From NCBI RefSeq assembly GCF_964355755.1, contig NC_092670.1:15424795-15488794 (forward strand): 64,000 nt of DNA. Direction: 5' to 3'. Below are positions 25,301-38,830 of this stretch, piece after piece. Below the pieces are notes generated by a model. It did no database searches. It worked only from the letters and a program-made list of their open reading frames with translations, and was not told the DNA's origin. A program made the position numbers and the translations under genes. Source of the DNA: Antedon mediterranea (lineage: Eukaryota; Animalia; Echinodermata). How positions within the stretch are numbered: position 1 is the stretch's first letter; every line of letters begins with the position of its first letter.

Positions 25301-28300
25301 TTAAGAAGACCAAACCTGCCACCTAAAGACTTACCAACCATCCCCCTAATGGACAACCTCTTGACTGATATTGGAGATGGATGCTCATTGGCCCTGCTCA
25401 TTCACTTCTACTGCCCTCAGGGTGTGGACTTTGAAGGTACAGTAGGCTCAGCTGGTCTTATCATCTGAAAATAACATTTATTCCCATCCCACGAATAAGT
25501 AATTTTTATGAAAAACAATCCAAAGTGTGTATTAGCCAGACTACTACAGTTGTTCTTTCTAGACCCAATGTTAGCATAGTTAGTTCCTGAGTATTGTATT
25601 GCATGTAATTTTAACTAGATAATTTAGGCCTAAATACATCAAGAGAAGAATTTCTTTATCCTTACAAAATAAATCATAACATTCATCTGAAATTATGTAA
25701 GAAATTATGTAAACTGAAATGTTGAGACATTCTCAACCATACTTTATATCTTTTTGGAAACACCAAACCTAAAACTATGTCTACACTATCAAACTTTATG
25801 TGAAAAAAAATGTGATGTGACCGTATATGGTGTCATAGCACCACCATATTTGGGCACATCAAACTTTTTGTATCAAACTAGTTTGATAGTGTAAACAAAG
25901 CTTAACTTTTCTAGTGTTTATTGGCCAAACAAACCTTAATATTGCATATGTAGATCCAAATACTGTTTTTCATATAGATGGAAGAGACCATTATTTTATA
26001 AATATTGTAATTGTATTTTAGATATCTCATTAAACAAGACAATGTCACTAGCAGAATCCATGCACAACCTGCAACTGGTAAAGGCTTTCCTAGATCACTA
26101 TGCGCCAGGATCATTCCATTTCTGTTTCGAGGATCTTCTTTACTCGCACCCTAAGTTAAAAACTAACATCCTTGCTATTTTGGCTGAGCTGTTTTACCTA
26201 ACAGAAGTAGAATCACCTGACTGGGTTCGTCCTTTGTACATGTACCAACAAGAAGGTAACTCTTTCATTGTTTGTTTTAATGGTTTTTCTAATATCTGTA
26301 TACTTTTTAAAAGTGTACTTAATATAGTAATGAAATGGTTACTGTACTTACTTTAACTTAATACCCGGTCTACCATCCGTTATGTCACTCCCGTTCTTCA
26401 TGGCTGCAATCCCAAACTAAGTTTTCATAGTTAATTTGTATGCACATTTTCTTTCTCCAGATTCTGTTGCTCGCTACACGCCTCAAGTTCCGATTAGTAA
26501 CGTAACAAAAATGAGTTTCCAAGCGGGACAAATGCGGCATGCAACAAGTAATCCAGAAATCAATAAATCTTTGTAAGTAATTTATAAATTGTCTATAAAA
26601 TAATAAATGAATTCACTTATGGTTATCCTTGGCAATTTGCCTAAACATATATTATTTTTAAAAATACATTATAAAAATTTTAGAAATTTTACAAAATATA
26701 GTTTTCAAGGCTGCTTTAAAAGTATGTATTTTATTGTTTTAGATCAAGGGAACCTCTGTTACCAAAGCGACATCACCAACAGTACGGATCACATGATGAT
26801 ATCCTTGATCAACGAGGTATTGATGACATCACCGTGAAGCAATCCATACTAGCATGGCAAGACAATAATGAAGCTTTGTAAGTTACTAGTCCAATGGGCT
26901 AGCTACCTCTTGAGTACCTTGTTACGTGTCAATTTACTAGGCTAGCTTAGAAACAACTAGGTGTAGCTTTTACTGGGCTAGCTATCTCTTGAGTACCTAC
27001 CTTGTTACGTGTCTATTTACTAGCCTAGCTTAGAAACAATGCTAGGTGTAGCTTTTACTGGGCTAGCTATCTCTTGAGTACCTACCTCGTTACATGTCTA
27101 TTTACTAGCCTAGCTTAGAAACAATGCTAGGTGTAGCTTTTACTGGGCTAGCTATCTCTTGATATTACATGCCCATATGCCATTTTGCACTATTAATTTG
27201 ATATAGTTCTTAATACTGGTGACATCTTCAGTACTAGGCTGTAACAGGACCATCCCCTACTCTGTTTGAGTAGTGTGTACCACATTCTTCATCATTCAAT
27301 GTATGTACATGGGATGCTTCCAAAGAACAAGACAATATGACACATACAGATCCTGGACTCTTGCGTCTCACATGCTAGTCTACAGTACATTGCCTTTATG
27401 GTATACCGCTGCAGCAGACCAGCTAGGCAGGAGAATAATGAAGTTCTGCTAACTGTAGCTTTTACTGGCCCACATCCCTAAATCAATGGCAATGCTCACA
27501 CAAATCACATACTGTATAAGGAGAACTTTTTTATCGAGGGCTTTTAAATTAGAATTTATTAAAGAAATTTATTGTATGCAGAATTTATTCCTAAATCATT
27601 CACAGGTTTTTAATTTTTTTTTCTGTTTACAGTACATCATCGAATCGAGTACCAATCGCTAGCCAGAAAGGTGGAAGCTTACTTGCCAATGTTAGCATTG
27701 ATAGTGATCTAGATGATGGTGACCTTACAATAAACAATCAGCTAACATACAGAATGACGGCCAACAAACTACCTTCAGATGCAGCCACACGCGTACAGGA
27801 ACCAATGGACGAGGCTGATCTGGAGATCCAGAGTCTGACGTCACCCAAGGGATCCTCGCAAGGCTCCCTCTACCAAAAAGACAGTGGAGTGGATGGCTTA
27901 AGTAAGAGTGGACAGAGCTTAGCAAGTAAATCAACAGGTCCAGAATATTTTAGACAGGATGAAAACGAGGACAGCAAGAAGGCAACCGTGTCTCGGACAT
28001 CTACATTCCGTGTTGAAAGACAACAACAACCAGTTCATCCAATGGTTCCAAGTTCTGCAAATGTTATACGAAAAGAAACATTTAGAGTAGATAACAGAAA
28101 TAAAGGAAATGTTAGACAACGCTTTATTCACTCTCAACCCGTTCCGCAAGAACATAGATATCAGAATAATTCTCAATATGGTGGACAAGATCAACGGAGT
28201 AGTCTCAGTCTGGATGTCCAGTCTGTAGACATGAGGCCACCAGGTCATTCTATGTACACAGACGGCATTATGCCAGCGAACTTAAAACCTTTAAAAGAAA

Positions 28301-31300
28301 AAGTGAACAATGTGAATAAAGAACAGGAATACGGAGAAACGTCTTCTAGTCACAGTCCGCGGAGCACAAGTAGTAACGATTCTAGTCGTGTTATGACTTC
28401 TTGGAATCGAAGTCATGGAACCTCTGGTACACCAGATAGTTTTGGTGCTGTTACACCTCTTAGTGGGATGAGCACAGGTTCTATGACAAGTGCTCCAAGT
28501 CATTTAAATGAACAGCGAAGAGTGTTTGATGCACCTAGGCAACAATGGAATACTAGAGAACCAAACAGGGCAAAAGCAAGGGGTGGGGAAGCATTTTATA
28601 TTAACACAGATACAGAACAAATAGGAAGTAGTGATGGGGGTTATTCAAGACATGGTACAGGGGATAGTTTCAATGTAAATAATAGAGGGTACAATGTACA
28701 AAGTATGTCACAACAAGGTTATATGCCAGCGCAAAACAGGAGGTCACAGGAATGGATGGGTATGCCAAACAGGACAGAGGTGGTCCATGCACGCCAATCT
28801 TCAGATCCACTACAATTACAGGCTTATGACCGCTACCAGACACCTCCCCATGACATGGATCCTGGCATTAACCATAGTTCAGGTTACTCAGGCATGCAAT
28901 CTGGATTCACAAAGCCATTCCATTATCAAGGAGGGGAGAATAGAAATTACGGGCAAGGTAATAGTGTAGATGTACAAAGTGATCATGTGACATACTCCCA
29001 TCCCGAAAAAGAGTCTTTCAAACTACAGTCTGAACAGTTGACCAAAGAAACTCGGCCTGCCAATGAGGTCGCGACCTCATTCGCACCGATAGTGACACAG
29101 TCACATGACCAAATTAATAGACATGAGTTATTGAACCATGACATAATAGTGTCACGTCCAGACATTACTGAAAGACTCGAACCCATGCATGTAGATGTTG
29201 TAACAAGTGTTGTAAATGGTGAACCGCATGGCATGACTACGTGGCTTGAGAAAGTAAAGCATGACTCTGATTCTGTACCCTCTGTCGATGCAGGTACCAA
29301 GTCGGACAATTCCTGGGAACCCTCTGCATCTGAAATGCTCCAGTTGCGTTTACAATTAGAAGAAAAACGGCGTAATATTGATCGCGAGAAGCGAACAGCT
29401 GAGCGTAATTTTAGCAAACAACGACAGCGTGTTGGAAAGGCCGCTTTCATGCAAATAATTAACAAAGACAATAACCATGATCAACACCGCCAAGCAGAAA
29501 ACATTCAAGCTGCCTCGCCACCTCATGGTAAAATAACTTTTGCAGACCTAAGTGCAGCTAAGCAAAATCAAAATAAATTGAAAGATGAACCTATAAGGAA
29601 TCCATCGCCGCAAAATGTTCCTACGTCAAAGATTTCACCTAATGGAAACAATGTTCATTCTGCCGGTATTATAGGACCACGTTCAGGAACCCATTCACCG
29701 CATCTTACAAATGATGAGTATAATACCTCAATGGAAAAAATGAACGCTAATCTTTCGCAATTACAAAATGAGATTACGAGATTATCGCAACAGCACGAGA
29801 AATTAATTCATGGTATTGGAACAGAACCAAAACGTGTTAGCCCAGAATTCAAACGTGCTAGCCCAGAACCTAAACATGCTAGCCCAGAATCTAAACATGC
29901 TAGCCCAGAATCTAAACATGCTAGCCCAGAATCTAAACCAAACACAGACTCTTCTCCAGGTGGGTTCTTCTTAAAGGAACCTGAGCCTGTTGATAATACA
30001 GAGACTGATGCAAAATCAAGTGGATTTTATCTGCAGGATCCTCCTGCAGCTGCCCACGATCCTCTTTCTCAGGATCCACCAAAGCCAAGTGACTCTGAAT
30101 GTTTTTACTTGAGTCAACCTGAACCTCAACTAAACAATAGAAACCATTATATAGAACAATCTGAGGACAGGAACGATGGTGGTTCATTTATATTGCATCC
30201 GAAACCATCCTCTCCAAATGTGGTAGTATTGCAGGATGTACCAAAAGCACACTTTACCGATAGTCACACACCCATAGACAATGTTACCGCTACAAGTAAA
30301 AATTCCATTGACGATAATGCCATAGATACAAATAGATTAATTAGTGATAATAAGATTCCATATGACTCCATATATGGGTTATCAGAACATGTTGAACAAG
30401 CAATTGTAACACCTTCTGGTGATAATAATAAAACAAATGATGTTTACAATCAAGCTGTTGCAGCAAAGGTAAGTAGTAAACAAAACCAGGTACAAGTGGA
30501 TGGGTATCAAGAACCAGTTGTAGAAAATAAATTAATGAAAGATTCAGAACCAGAAGAAATAAAAGAGGCAAAGTTAGAAGGATTGGTTGAAAAGAAACGC
30601 TTTGCTAAATTTGAAATTGGAAATGAGGATGGAGAAGTAAAAGAGAAAGTCAAAGCACGACCTAAACGATTTTCAATTAATCTTGACATGGACGAAAATG
30701 AAAAAACAGTAGATCATACAGTTAAAAAGTCGCCTCCACCAGTAGCAAATGGGAAAGCACCAGTAGAGGTACAGAAGGCACCAGTAGAGGTACAGAAGGC
30801 ACCAGTAGAATTGCGCAAAGCACCAGTAGATGTGCGCAAAGCACCAGTAGAAAAGAAAGTAATAGAAAAGTCAAGAGAACCAAGTCCAGTACCTGTAGAA
30901 GATGTCAAAGAGAATGCTTCAAATGACCAGTCAGCAGGGAATACCTCTGTTCTTGATGAATCTGCAGTGTCTGATACTTCACATAATAAATCAACTGGAT
31001 TTGTCATTGATGAAAATAAGGTAAGTGTATTTTGTTTTAGTGCAAGATCAATTTTAAAATGTTTAAGTTGAGATGTTGAGACTTACAAAGCTGTAGCTTG
31101 TGTGTCCCTCAGTTCTATCACTTCATTCTTATTTACTATATGAGGCAAATTTGCAAAAAGAATCATAAGGGAATCCCATCATGCTCGGGTGAATTTAAAT
31201 AGATAATCCAGATGTTTTCAGAATATGTCATAATGTATCATGTCATATGGATCATTGAAAACGATGTCATATCACTGCTATATTTGGGCACATAAAACTA

Positions 31301-34300
31301 GTTTGATAGTGTAGACAGAGCTTAATTCGTTAAAACTATTCTAGGCTCCAGATGAAGAGGATATTGCCAAGAAAAGAGATCAGTTCTTGAAAAATCGACT
31401 CAAGCGGCAAGAGCAAGAGAAGGCTAAACAAGCAAAAAGAGAAGCACAGAGGGAGAAACAAAGAGAAGAACAAAGGTAAAGTTTAAGTTAATAGATTTTG
31501 TTCCAACATTAGGAAGTGGAGATGTAGCTTAGTGGTTTAGATGCTGAACTACCGATACCAGGACACTGGGTTCAAATCCTGTCAGGAGAGGTTTTTTTTT
31601 CCCAAAAGACATGTAATAAGAATTTGTTGGTGTGTGTTTTTGTCTGTGATTATTTAAGGGGGAGGCTGCTTTTATTTGGCCTCTCCGGGAGATTTGTCAG
31701 CCTAAAGGCTTGAGTTGTGGTTGTGCGACTGAACCAAATGACAACAGTTGATTGTCGGCATTGGTTTATAGCAACCTTTGTATCCTGATCTTGTCTTGGT
31801 TTTATTTACAGTATTCTTGTCACAAACCAAGTGATATTATCAACATTCTTTCTAAAGATTGTAATGAAAAAATATTTTCTTTTTATAGGAGAAAACAAGA
31901 GGATATTGAAATGAAGAAAGCTGAAGATAAAGCAAGGCGTGAAAGAATACGCTTGGAATATCAAATGAAAAAACAACAAGAAGAGGTAAGAATATTTAAC
32001 TTCATTCTGTGTGTTCTCTTTGTCATTAAGTAAACTGCCATGTATTATATATGGCATATTGAAGTTGTGAGAAAGTAGAAAATCGAGGATAGTTAATGTA
32101 GAGGAGGGAGTTCAGAAAAAAAAAATCCAAGGACTCTGTGCCCCAAATATGTATGATAAGACTTGGCAAACTGAACCCAAACTATGTATGATATTTATAA
32201 GAATTTGTAAACTGAACCCCAACTATGATAAGACTTGGTAAACTGAACTCCAACTATATATGATAAGACTTTGTAAACTGAACCCCAACTATGTATAAGA
32301 CTTGGTAAACTGAACCCCAACTATGATAAGACTTGGTAAACTGAACCCCAACTATGATAAGACTTGGTAAACTGAACCCCAACTATGATAAGACTTGGTA
32401 AACTGAACTCCAACTATGTATAAGACTTGGTAAACTGAACCCCAACTATGATAAGACTTGGTAAACTGAACCCCAACTATGATAAGACTTGGTACTGTAA
32501 ACTGAACCCCAACTATGATAAGACTTGGTAAACTGAACCCCAACTATGTATAAGACTTGGTAAACTGAACCCCAACTATGATAAGACTTGGTAAACTGAA
32601 CCCAACTATGTATAAGACTTGGTAAACTGAACTCCAACTATGTATAAGACTTGGTAAACTGAACCCAACTATGTATAAGACTTGGTAAACTGAACTCCAA
32701 CTATGTATAAGACTTGGTAAACTGAACCCCAACTATGATAAGACTTGGTAAACTGAACCCCAACTATGTATAAGACTTGGTAAACTGAACCCCAACTATG
32801 TATAAGACTTGGTAAACTGAACCCCAACTATGATAAGACTTGGTAAACTGAACCCCAACTATGATAAGACTTGGTAAACTGAACCCCAACTATGATAAGA
32901 CTTGGTAAACTGAACCCCAACTATGATAACACTTGGTAAACTGAACCCCAACTATGTATAAGACTTGGTAAACTGAACCCCAACTATGTATAAGACTTGG
33001 TAAACTGAACCCCAACTATGATAAGACTTGGTAAACTGAACCCCAACTATGATAAGACTTGGTAAACTGAACCCCAACTATGATAAGACTTGGTAAACTG
33101 AACCCCAACTATGTATAAGACTTTTTTTCCAATTTTTGTTTTTCATTGTTGTTCATCAGCTGTGAATGCAAACATTTTTTCATTAGTTTGGTGTTTTTCC
33201 CTGAAAATTTGACATTTCTGCATGATTCAATGTAGTTGTGTTCATTACATTCAAATATATCTTATTGTTTCTATTGTAAATAGAAAAAAAAGCTTAAATA
33301 ATTTCTATTTTATGATTCTTTGTTGTTTTTTTTTTTCTTTTAAATATTGGACATATTTTATTATATAATAGAAATAAACTGGTAATATGATAACATGCCA
33401 CATGTCTCTCTCACAATGTCATGTGACTAATGTTTGACAACCATTGGACGTTTTTCTACCACTAACAGGATGAGGCAAAAGGGATCGCTCCGAAACCCAA
33501 ACAACCAGCAACGGTTTGTAACATTACTCGCAAAAAACTATCTTGAATTCTTATTCTTTTTATGAGTTAAATGTTTGATTTATTTTGCCTTTTGGTTTTA
33601 ACACATCTAATACCCTTCACGCTTGACTGATCTTTTGCAGTGACATTTCGGACAATGTCATGTGACAGTTATTACAGTCTGAGTGACAATTTGTTGTGTC
33701 ATAATTTGTTTTGTCAGTTTATAAGCTTGAGGACAAAAAAGAAATGGGAAAAATAAGCGTATTTGGGGTGTTTTTTTTAATTATAATATCTTAAATATAT
33801 TACTAGTGATTATTTACAGTTACTGTTGATTATTTACAGTTACCGGTGATTATTTACAGTTACCGGTGATTATATATATATTCAAGAACATGTTTTTTTT
33901 GTGGCGGGTGGGGGAGGCTTACCATTGACACCATCATAATGCCAAATAATAATTCAATTCAATTCAATTCAATTCAAATAAACATTTATTTACAAAATCT
34001 GAATACACAGGAAAACAAGAAACAGGATTGTATAGATTTATAAAAATATGTTTCAGAGAATGAAGGCAAAAGCCCTGAAAGATGTTGGGAAACATCTTGA
34101 GTTAATAATATTTGATCTTGTATAATGTAGGCTCAGTTATTGGTTCCGACTCCAAAAGTGTTATTCAAGTGATACTCAGCTTTCTTTGTTTTTATTCTTT
34201 TAGTTTGTTTGTTGCTTAATTGTTACTGCTTTATTTGTTGTCAACTAAATTAAATTCTGCATTTTTTGTTAATAACTGAATTGCCATGTCCGATTCCATA

Positions 34301-37300
34301 CATCAGAACTATTATAATTTTATATATATTGTGAATGTTAATAATGTATATTTTATATTATAGCTGTCGATTTCTTTAGCATTATTATATTGGATACTTA
34401 TTGGCCATGTCAAAATTACTTTAATGTACCTGCAGTAACTACAATTTCAATTGTTGTAATTCTCTCATAAAAACATTTAAAAACTAAAATCATTTTTTTT
34501 TTTTTAATGTAGCGAATGAAGTAACTGCATTAGACTCATTTTGACATGGTCCTTTATTTGTTTTGTTAGCATGTCCAACTTCTTATTATTATCCATTATT
34601 ATATTGGTTTCTTTCAGTTTTTCTGCTTGTTATAATATTTTTTTCAATTTAAGAATAATGATCAAATCCCTATTGCATTTAGCATGATTAACTCATCACC
34701 TCAAGTATTTATTTTGTATTTAGAAATTTAATTTTCCAACTATCCGTAGTTGTATATTAACACATATTTACTTTAACAAAATTGATATGACCAAAAAACA
34801 TCCAACCACACCCCACCAACCACACCCCACCAATCTATCTCCCTATTAAAGTGAATAACAATCGTTTTTTTTGTTTGTTGCAGGAGCCTCGAGTTGAGAG
34901 GAGAACCAAGTCGGCCAAGCCACGCCCAAAGTCCAGGGTGATAGACAATTCCTACGGAGGACCAAAGTCTAGTCGGGGTGATCCTAAATATACATTTCAT
35001 AATGAAGATGTACCTCTTGGTCTAAGTGAGTATTACATATGTGGGTCACAGTGTATCATAAGAGCAATGTCACTTGTGACACTGTATTTACCCTATGCAA
35101 GATACACGGTCATGTATGTAACCCTTAAATGTTATTTTGGTAAATACATTTCAAATATGGGATTTGGTATAAAGAACAAAATAAATGCATATGAGGTTAA
35201 TGCAGGTTTATTAATATTAGCAAAGTTTAGTAGCAAATGCACCATAATATCATCAAAAACTTGCTTTTGCCTTTTAGTATGTTGCTTAAATAGCCAATTA
35301 TCCCTCAATTATCTGATACTATATAAAAAGGAATTATTAGCAATATAAAATAGACTGTAAACGTACTGATGCTCCCAATCCCAGCTTGCATTGCAGTACG
35401 GCACACAGTAATTGACCATGGCATGTTGGAAAGTGTTTTGATTATTTTCCCATTCTAACATTTTCTTCAAACTAAAAACATATACCAAGGTGCTTTTTAT
35501 TTTGTGCCCGTTTAAAGTTAAACTATAAAGTTAAACTATGTAGTCAAACTCAAGATATAAAAAAGGTTAATATTGATAAACATGCCCAAATAAGGAACAT
35601 TAGTGGGGATGTCAAAATCAATATCTTGCGACACATGATGGGTTTCTCTTGGTTACCCTGCTATTGTTTATTATTGATCTGCAGGTAGTACCAAGACATC
35701 TTATACCATCTCTAGTGGTGATGTGTCACAAGCTGTGGGTAGGTCTCTTAGAATATTCAAACATCTCCATTAAATTAGTATTCCTTTTTAGAATAGATTT
35801 CTAATTCCTTGTTTTCATAATTATTTACATTTTTCATGTATAGTATTAGGCATAAAGCTTGGTTCCCACCTTGACGAGACACAAAGATGTAGGTACTTGC
35901 TTTTTTTTTTATCACAAGCGACAGTTCATATGATCCATAACATTGTGATTGGTCACATTGAATACGTTGGCCGTACGTCATTGTGTTGCGTTAAAGTAGG
36001 AACTAAGCTTATATATGAATAAGTAGTTTTGTGTTATTTTTGTACAATTTGTTATTTGATACTAAAAATTAAAGAATAACTCATATGCAGTGAGAAAATT
36101 AAAATGTTTTCTCAATTGCAATTTATTTTATTATTGGTGATTTTATCTAAAATCGTTTCTAGATGAAAAATTATATGCTGACAGTTATATCGAAGATCCG
36201 CCCCATTCAACTGATAATCAAGCAAAGCATGAGTACAACAGGAAGACAAATGGCCGTTCGGAGGCACTCCAACGGCGCCCTCCCTCCCCTAGGTTACGAG
36301 GCCCACCCCCGACAGACAACAGTACACTGCCGGGAGATACTACTAGCTCAGCATTAGATTATAGTGGTTTGTGGGAATATTTATTTTAGGGATCACATCA
36401 TGTCAAAACTATTCTACTGCCGTAATGCCTTTTTTACTGCAATAATTACTCATTTTAGTTTTTTTCAATGTAGAAGTTTATGAGGCAGTCACTGCAGTGA
36501 GTATAATTGCTCCAAAGAAGTTGCAAAATAATTGTATAAACAGATTAAAGAGTAAACAAAATAGAGTTACTGCAGTAGAATCATTTTGACATGGTCCCTG
36601 AACAATTTTGCTTTATTTGTGTTGTGTTATATTGCATGAAAAATGTTATGTTTGTATGCTTGCTTCTGTACAATGTGCTAAAACTGTCTACACTATCAAA
36701 CTTTATATTCACAAACAAAATGACATGATGATGTGATATTACTACCATATTTAGGCACATCACACCTTGTTTGTCAAACTAGTTTGATAGTGTAGACAGA
36801 GATTTACAATATACAGTAGTTTAAATGCTGTGCTTTTTTGCATTCCATTCTAAAGCTCTGTCTGCACTATCAAACTAGTTTGACCAAAAAAAGTGATGTA
36901 CCCATATATGGACATGATGATGTCATACTACTACCATATTTGGGTATATCACTACCATATTTGTTTGTCAAACTAGTAGTGTAGACAGAGCTTAAATAGT
37001 TCTCAATAGTAATTGTATTTAACCCCATATACTTACCATGACTTGGCTTTATACTGATTGTAATACAAGATTAATATCTCTAAGGAATTTTATATCATTC
37101 TAGACATAAATTAAATTACAAGTTGGCAAAAAGATATAACATAAAGGGACAACTGTCATACCACAATGTTGCCAGTATCAACCTCAAATCTTAATTTATT
37201 TTCACGCAAAATTATCCATAAGATTTTATATAAAAAATCTACATTTTTGTCCACATGTATGGAGTAGAGTAATTTATATTCAAATTAATTTCAGATCTGC

Positions 37301-38830
37301 TAGCTGCTAGTGGTTTTAGGTTGTTTATTGTAGTGACACACAAACACATATAAACAAACTAAAATCATATTTTATTCAAAAAATGTGCTGTAGTTACTGC
37401 AATAACTGCAGTAGAATAATTTTGACATGATAATGGCCCTATTTTCATTCCTTTTCAGTGTCTATTCTTCGTTTGTTGATTGTCTCAACTGCTAACAAGC
37501 TTATCACTTTCCTTTATCTACTTTATTTTCTTTATTAACAACTTGTTCTATTAATTAATAGATTATTTTATTTTCAGTGTTTCTTGGCATGCTCGTGTTA
37601 AGTTATTCCTGTTTTATTTATTTATGTTGTGTCTATATTTTATTATAACATTTTTCATCCGTAATACAGACATTCTTTTATTAAATCATAGTTATGTGAA
37701 GAAAAATAATTAAAATTAGCAACATCATGACATCACAAACAAATATAGGCAGTCCTTTTCAAATATGGACATTCCTTGTCGAATATCAGGAGTCCTTATC
37801 AAATATGGACAGTCCTTGCCAAATATGGGCATGTCCTGTCAAATATGGCCCTTCTTTTTAAACTATGGACATTCCTTTACCTTTTTAAAATATGGTCATT
37901 TCTTGTCAAAACATGGGCATTTACGAATATATTTGAATACCAAAACTGATTGCCTTTTTTGTGTAGGTCCACGGCTGTATGTAAAGCCAACAAGTAAATC
38001 AAATCGTCACATTATAACCAATGCCATTGCACACTGTATACTGGCTGGAGTTGTCAACAAAGACCAGAAAGAAAAGGTTTTACAGGTTAGTAAATTAAAT
38101 TTTTTCAGACAAGTTAATATTAATAGCAACGAAAATAATCTCACTACCATATTAATTGGATATCACCACCATATTTGATACATTTTTTTTCTTGTTAAAC
38201 TAGTAAATTTGAATTTAATGACACCTTTGGGCTTGCCAAATATGTCTGGTTTTCAGTTTCTTAATAATATGTTTCTTTCATTAGGAGGTTGCCAAATCGG
38301 ATGCCAAACATTTCCTCATCTTATTCCGAGACCATGGACTACAATTCCGTGCGTTATATTCATTTTCACCGGACACAGAGGAGATATTCAAACTGTATGG
38401 TGTTGGGCCTAAGCACATCAGTCCAAACATGATATGTGGACTTTACAAGTGAGTACAATAAATAATTATTGTGTATCATATTTTAAAGGAAAGCTTGAAA
38501 TAAAATCAGTTGTTACTATAATAACCTAAAGAATACATTTGGTATTGGATTTTTTTTTTTGGTGTCATATACATAATTATTACGTATCAGAAATACAGTA
38601 GATACATAACAAACAACATCGATCATTCCCCATACTCCTTTCACCATATCTTGTATGTATGTATGTATGTATACATATTAAATACAAAATTATTTGTTTA
38701 TTTTAGATATAATTCGGGTGGAAAACAATTTGCCAAAATACCGTCAAAGACGATGTCCGTATCGGTAGATGGCGTTACCATTGAAAACCGCTTCTGGCAA
38801 AGTAAGAAGTCGATAACCAAGAAACATTGA
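10312..38830 (+). CDS. CAMSAP: CAMSAP/Patronin microtubule minus-end-binding protein
   Basis: Frame-consistent exons: 10312-11290, 12932-13119, 19587-19685, 21769-21984, 22683-22768, 24621-24777, 25295-25436, 26022-26255, 26461-26572, 26743-26877, 27633-31020, 31345-31475, 31889-31985, 33469-33513, 34884-35025, 35685-35738, 36163-36366, 37967-38085, 38285-38448, 38707-38830. N-terminal and CH-domain motifs: KTRASLLWL...DLDDPFF, HLKPLIIKLLGSSELYC, AHLAMMDALM, LPFDLEDGLLFWLNK, DIGDGCSLALLIHFYCP. CC1: LRLQLEEKRRNI...QRQRVGKAAFMQII. CKK domain: GPRLYVKPTSKSNRHIITNAIAHCILAG, HFLILFRDHGLQFRALY, LYKYNSGGKQF, SVSVDGVTI. The link from the first exon to the rest is less certain than the conserved core. 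Confidence 0.95.
12100..12877. mobile_element. Non-autonomous Mutator-like (MULE/foldback) element
   Basis: ~160 bp imperfect terminal inverted repeats (CGCTGTGGCTAA..GATACGGTAC... / ...GTACCGTATCTTTAGCCACTGCG) flanked by an exact 9-bp direct repeat TTCTTATTT (12091-12099 and 12878-12886). Confidence 0.8.
13597..13795. repeat. 19-bp minisatellite (AAACCTGTGCAAACCCTAA), about 10 copies
   Basis: Directly visible tandem repeat in a CAMSAP intron. Confidence 0.95.
18554..19179. mobile_element. Kolobok-like non-autonomous DNA transposon
   Basis: TTAA on both sides (18550-18553, 19180-19183). Termini AGACCCCTTCCCT... / ...AGGGAATGGGGCT are imperfect TIRs starting with AG, the Kolobok signature. 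Confidence 0.7.
19699..19815 (+). mobile_element. hAT-like element terminus (single end)
   Basis: CAGGCCCGTAGCCAGGGGGGG...GGTTCGGGCGAACCCCCC GC-rich terminus. No matching second end was found. Confidence 0.35.
20564..20777. mobile_element. PIF/Harbinger-like MITE, family B (TIR AGCTTGGTTCCCACTAG); related copies at ~35856-36009, ~40201-40329, ~63712-63810
   Basis: Inverted termini AGCGTGGTTC..CACTAG / CTAGTGGGAACCAAGCT with TAA/TTA flanks. The terminal and internal GACCAATCACA motifs recur in other copies. Confidence 0.6.
22040..22215. mobile_element. Short degenerate MITE
   Basis: Inverted termini AGGGTCTTTCACACCTGTTCTGGC... / ...GCCAGAACAGAGGTTAAAAACCCCT. Confidence 0.45.
23035..23198. 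mobile_element. PIF/Harbinger (Tourist-like) MITE, family A (TIR AGCTCTGTCTACACTATCAAAC); other copies at ~25777-25903, ~36684-36803, 36854-36992; partial copies at ~24910, ~31260-31322, ~50620-50655
   Basis: 22-bp perfect TIRs, TAA/TTA flanks, and shared internal GATGATGTCATATCACTACCATATTTGGGCAC repeats across copies. Confidence 0.8.
23645..24492 (-). mobile_element. 5'-truncated LINE (CR1/L2-group) ORF2 C-terminus plus 3' UTR
   Basis: The minus strand at ~24480-24180 reads QQLEPIQRRAFKCIFP...LGFSTLEDRR...LCKDFF...HRLNHLLP...YNLR...RVKTNR, typical of LINE ORF2 C-termini. An (ATG)n/(ATA)n tail lies at ~23645-23673. Confidence 0.75.
26896..27161. repeat. ~85-bp tandem repeat, about 3 copies
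   Basis: GGGCTAGCTA.CTCTTGA recurs at 26896, 26975, 27060 and 27145. Confidence 0.9.
31519..31600 (+). mobile_element. tRNA-derived SINE head
   Basis: Pol III A-box TAGCTTAGTGG and B-box GGTTCAAATCC at tRNA-like spacing, with no intact cloverleaf or acceptor stem. Confidence 0.55.
32150..33122. repeat. 31/32-bp minisatellite (ATAAGACTTGGTAAACTGAACCCCAACTATG[T]), about 30 copies
   Basis: Directly visible tandem array in a CAMSAP intron. Confidence 0.95.
36388..36600. mobile_element. MITE family C (TIR GGGACCATGTCAAAAT.ATTCTACTGCAGTAAC); related copies at ~34404-34552, ~61553-61760; partial copies at ~17778, ~37390-37430
   Basis: Inverted termini CATGTCAAAACTATTCTACTGC / GCAGTAGAATCATTTTGACATG recur at several loci. 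Confidence 0.65.

Noticed and set aside
31519-31590. Possible tRNA gene
   Set aside because: A and B boxes are present but the acceptor and anticodon stems do not pair convincingly; treated as a SINE head.
32352-32732. Short ORFs in the 31/32-bp minisatellite
   Set aside because: Repeat-derived; no coding evidence.
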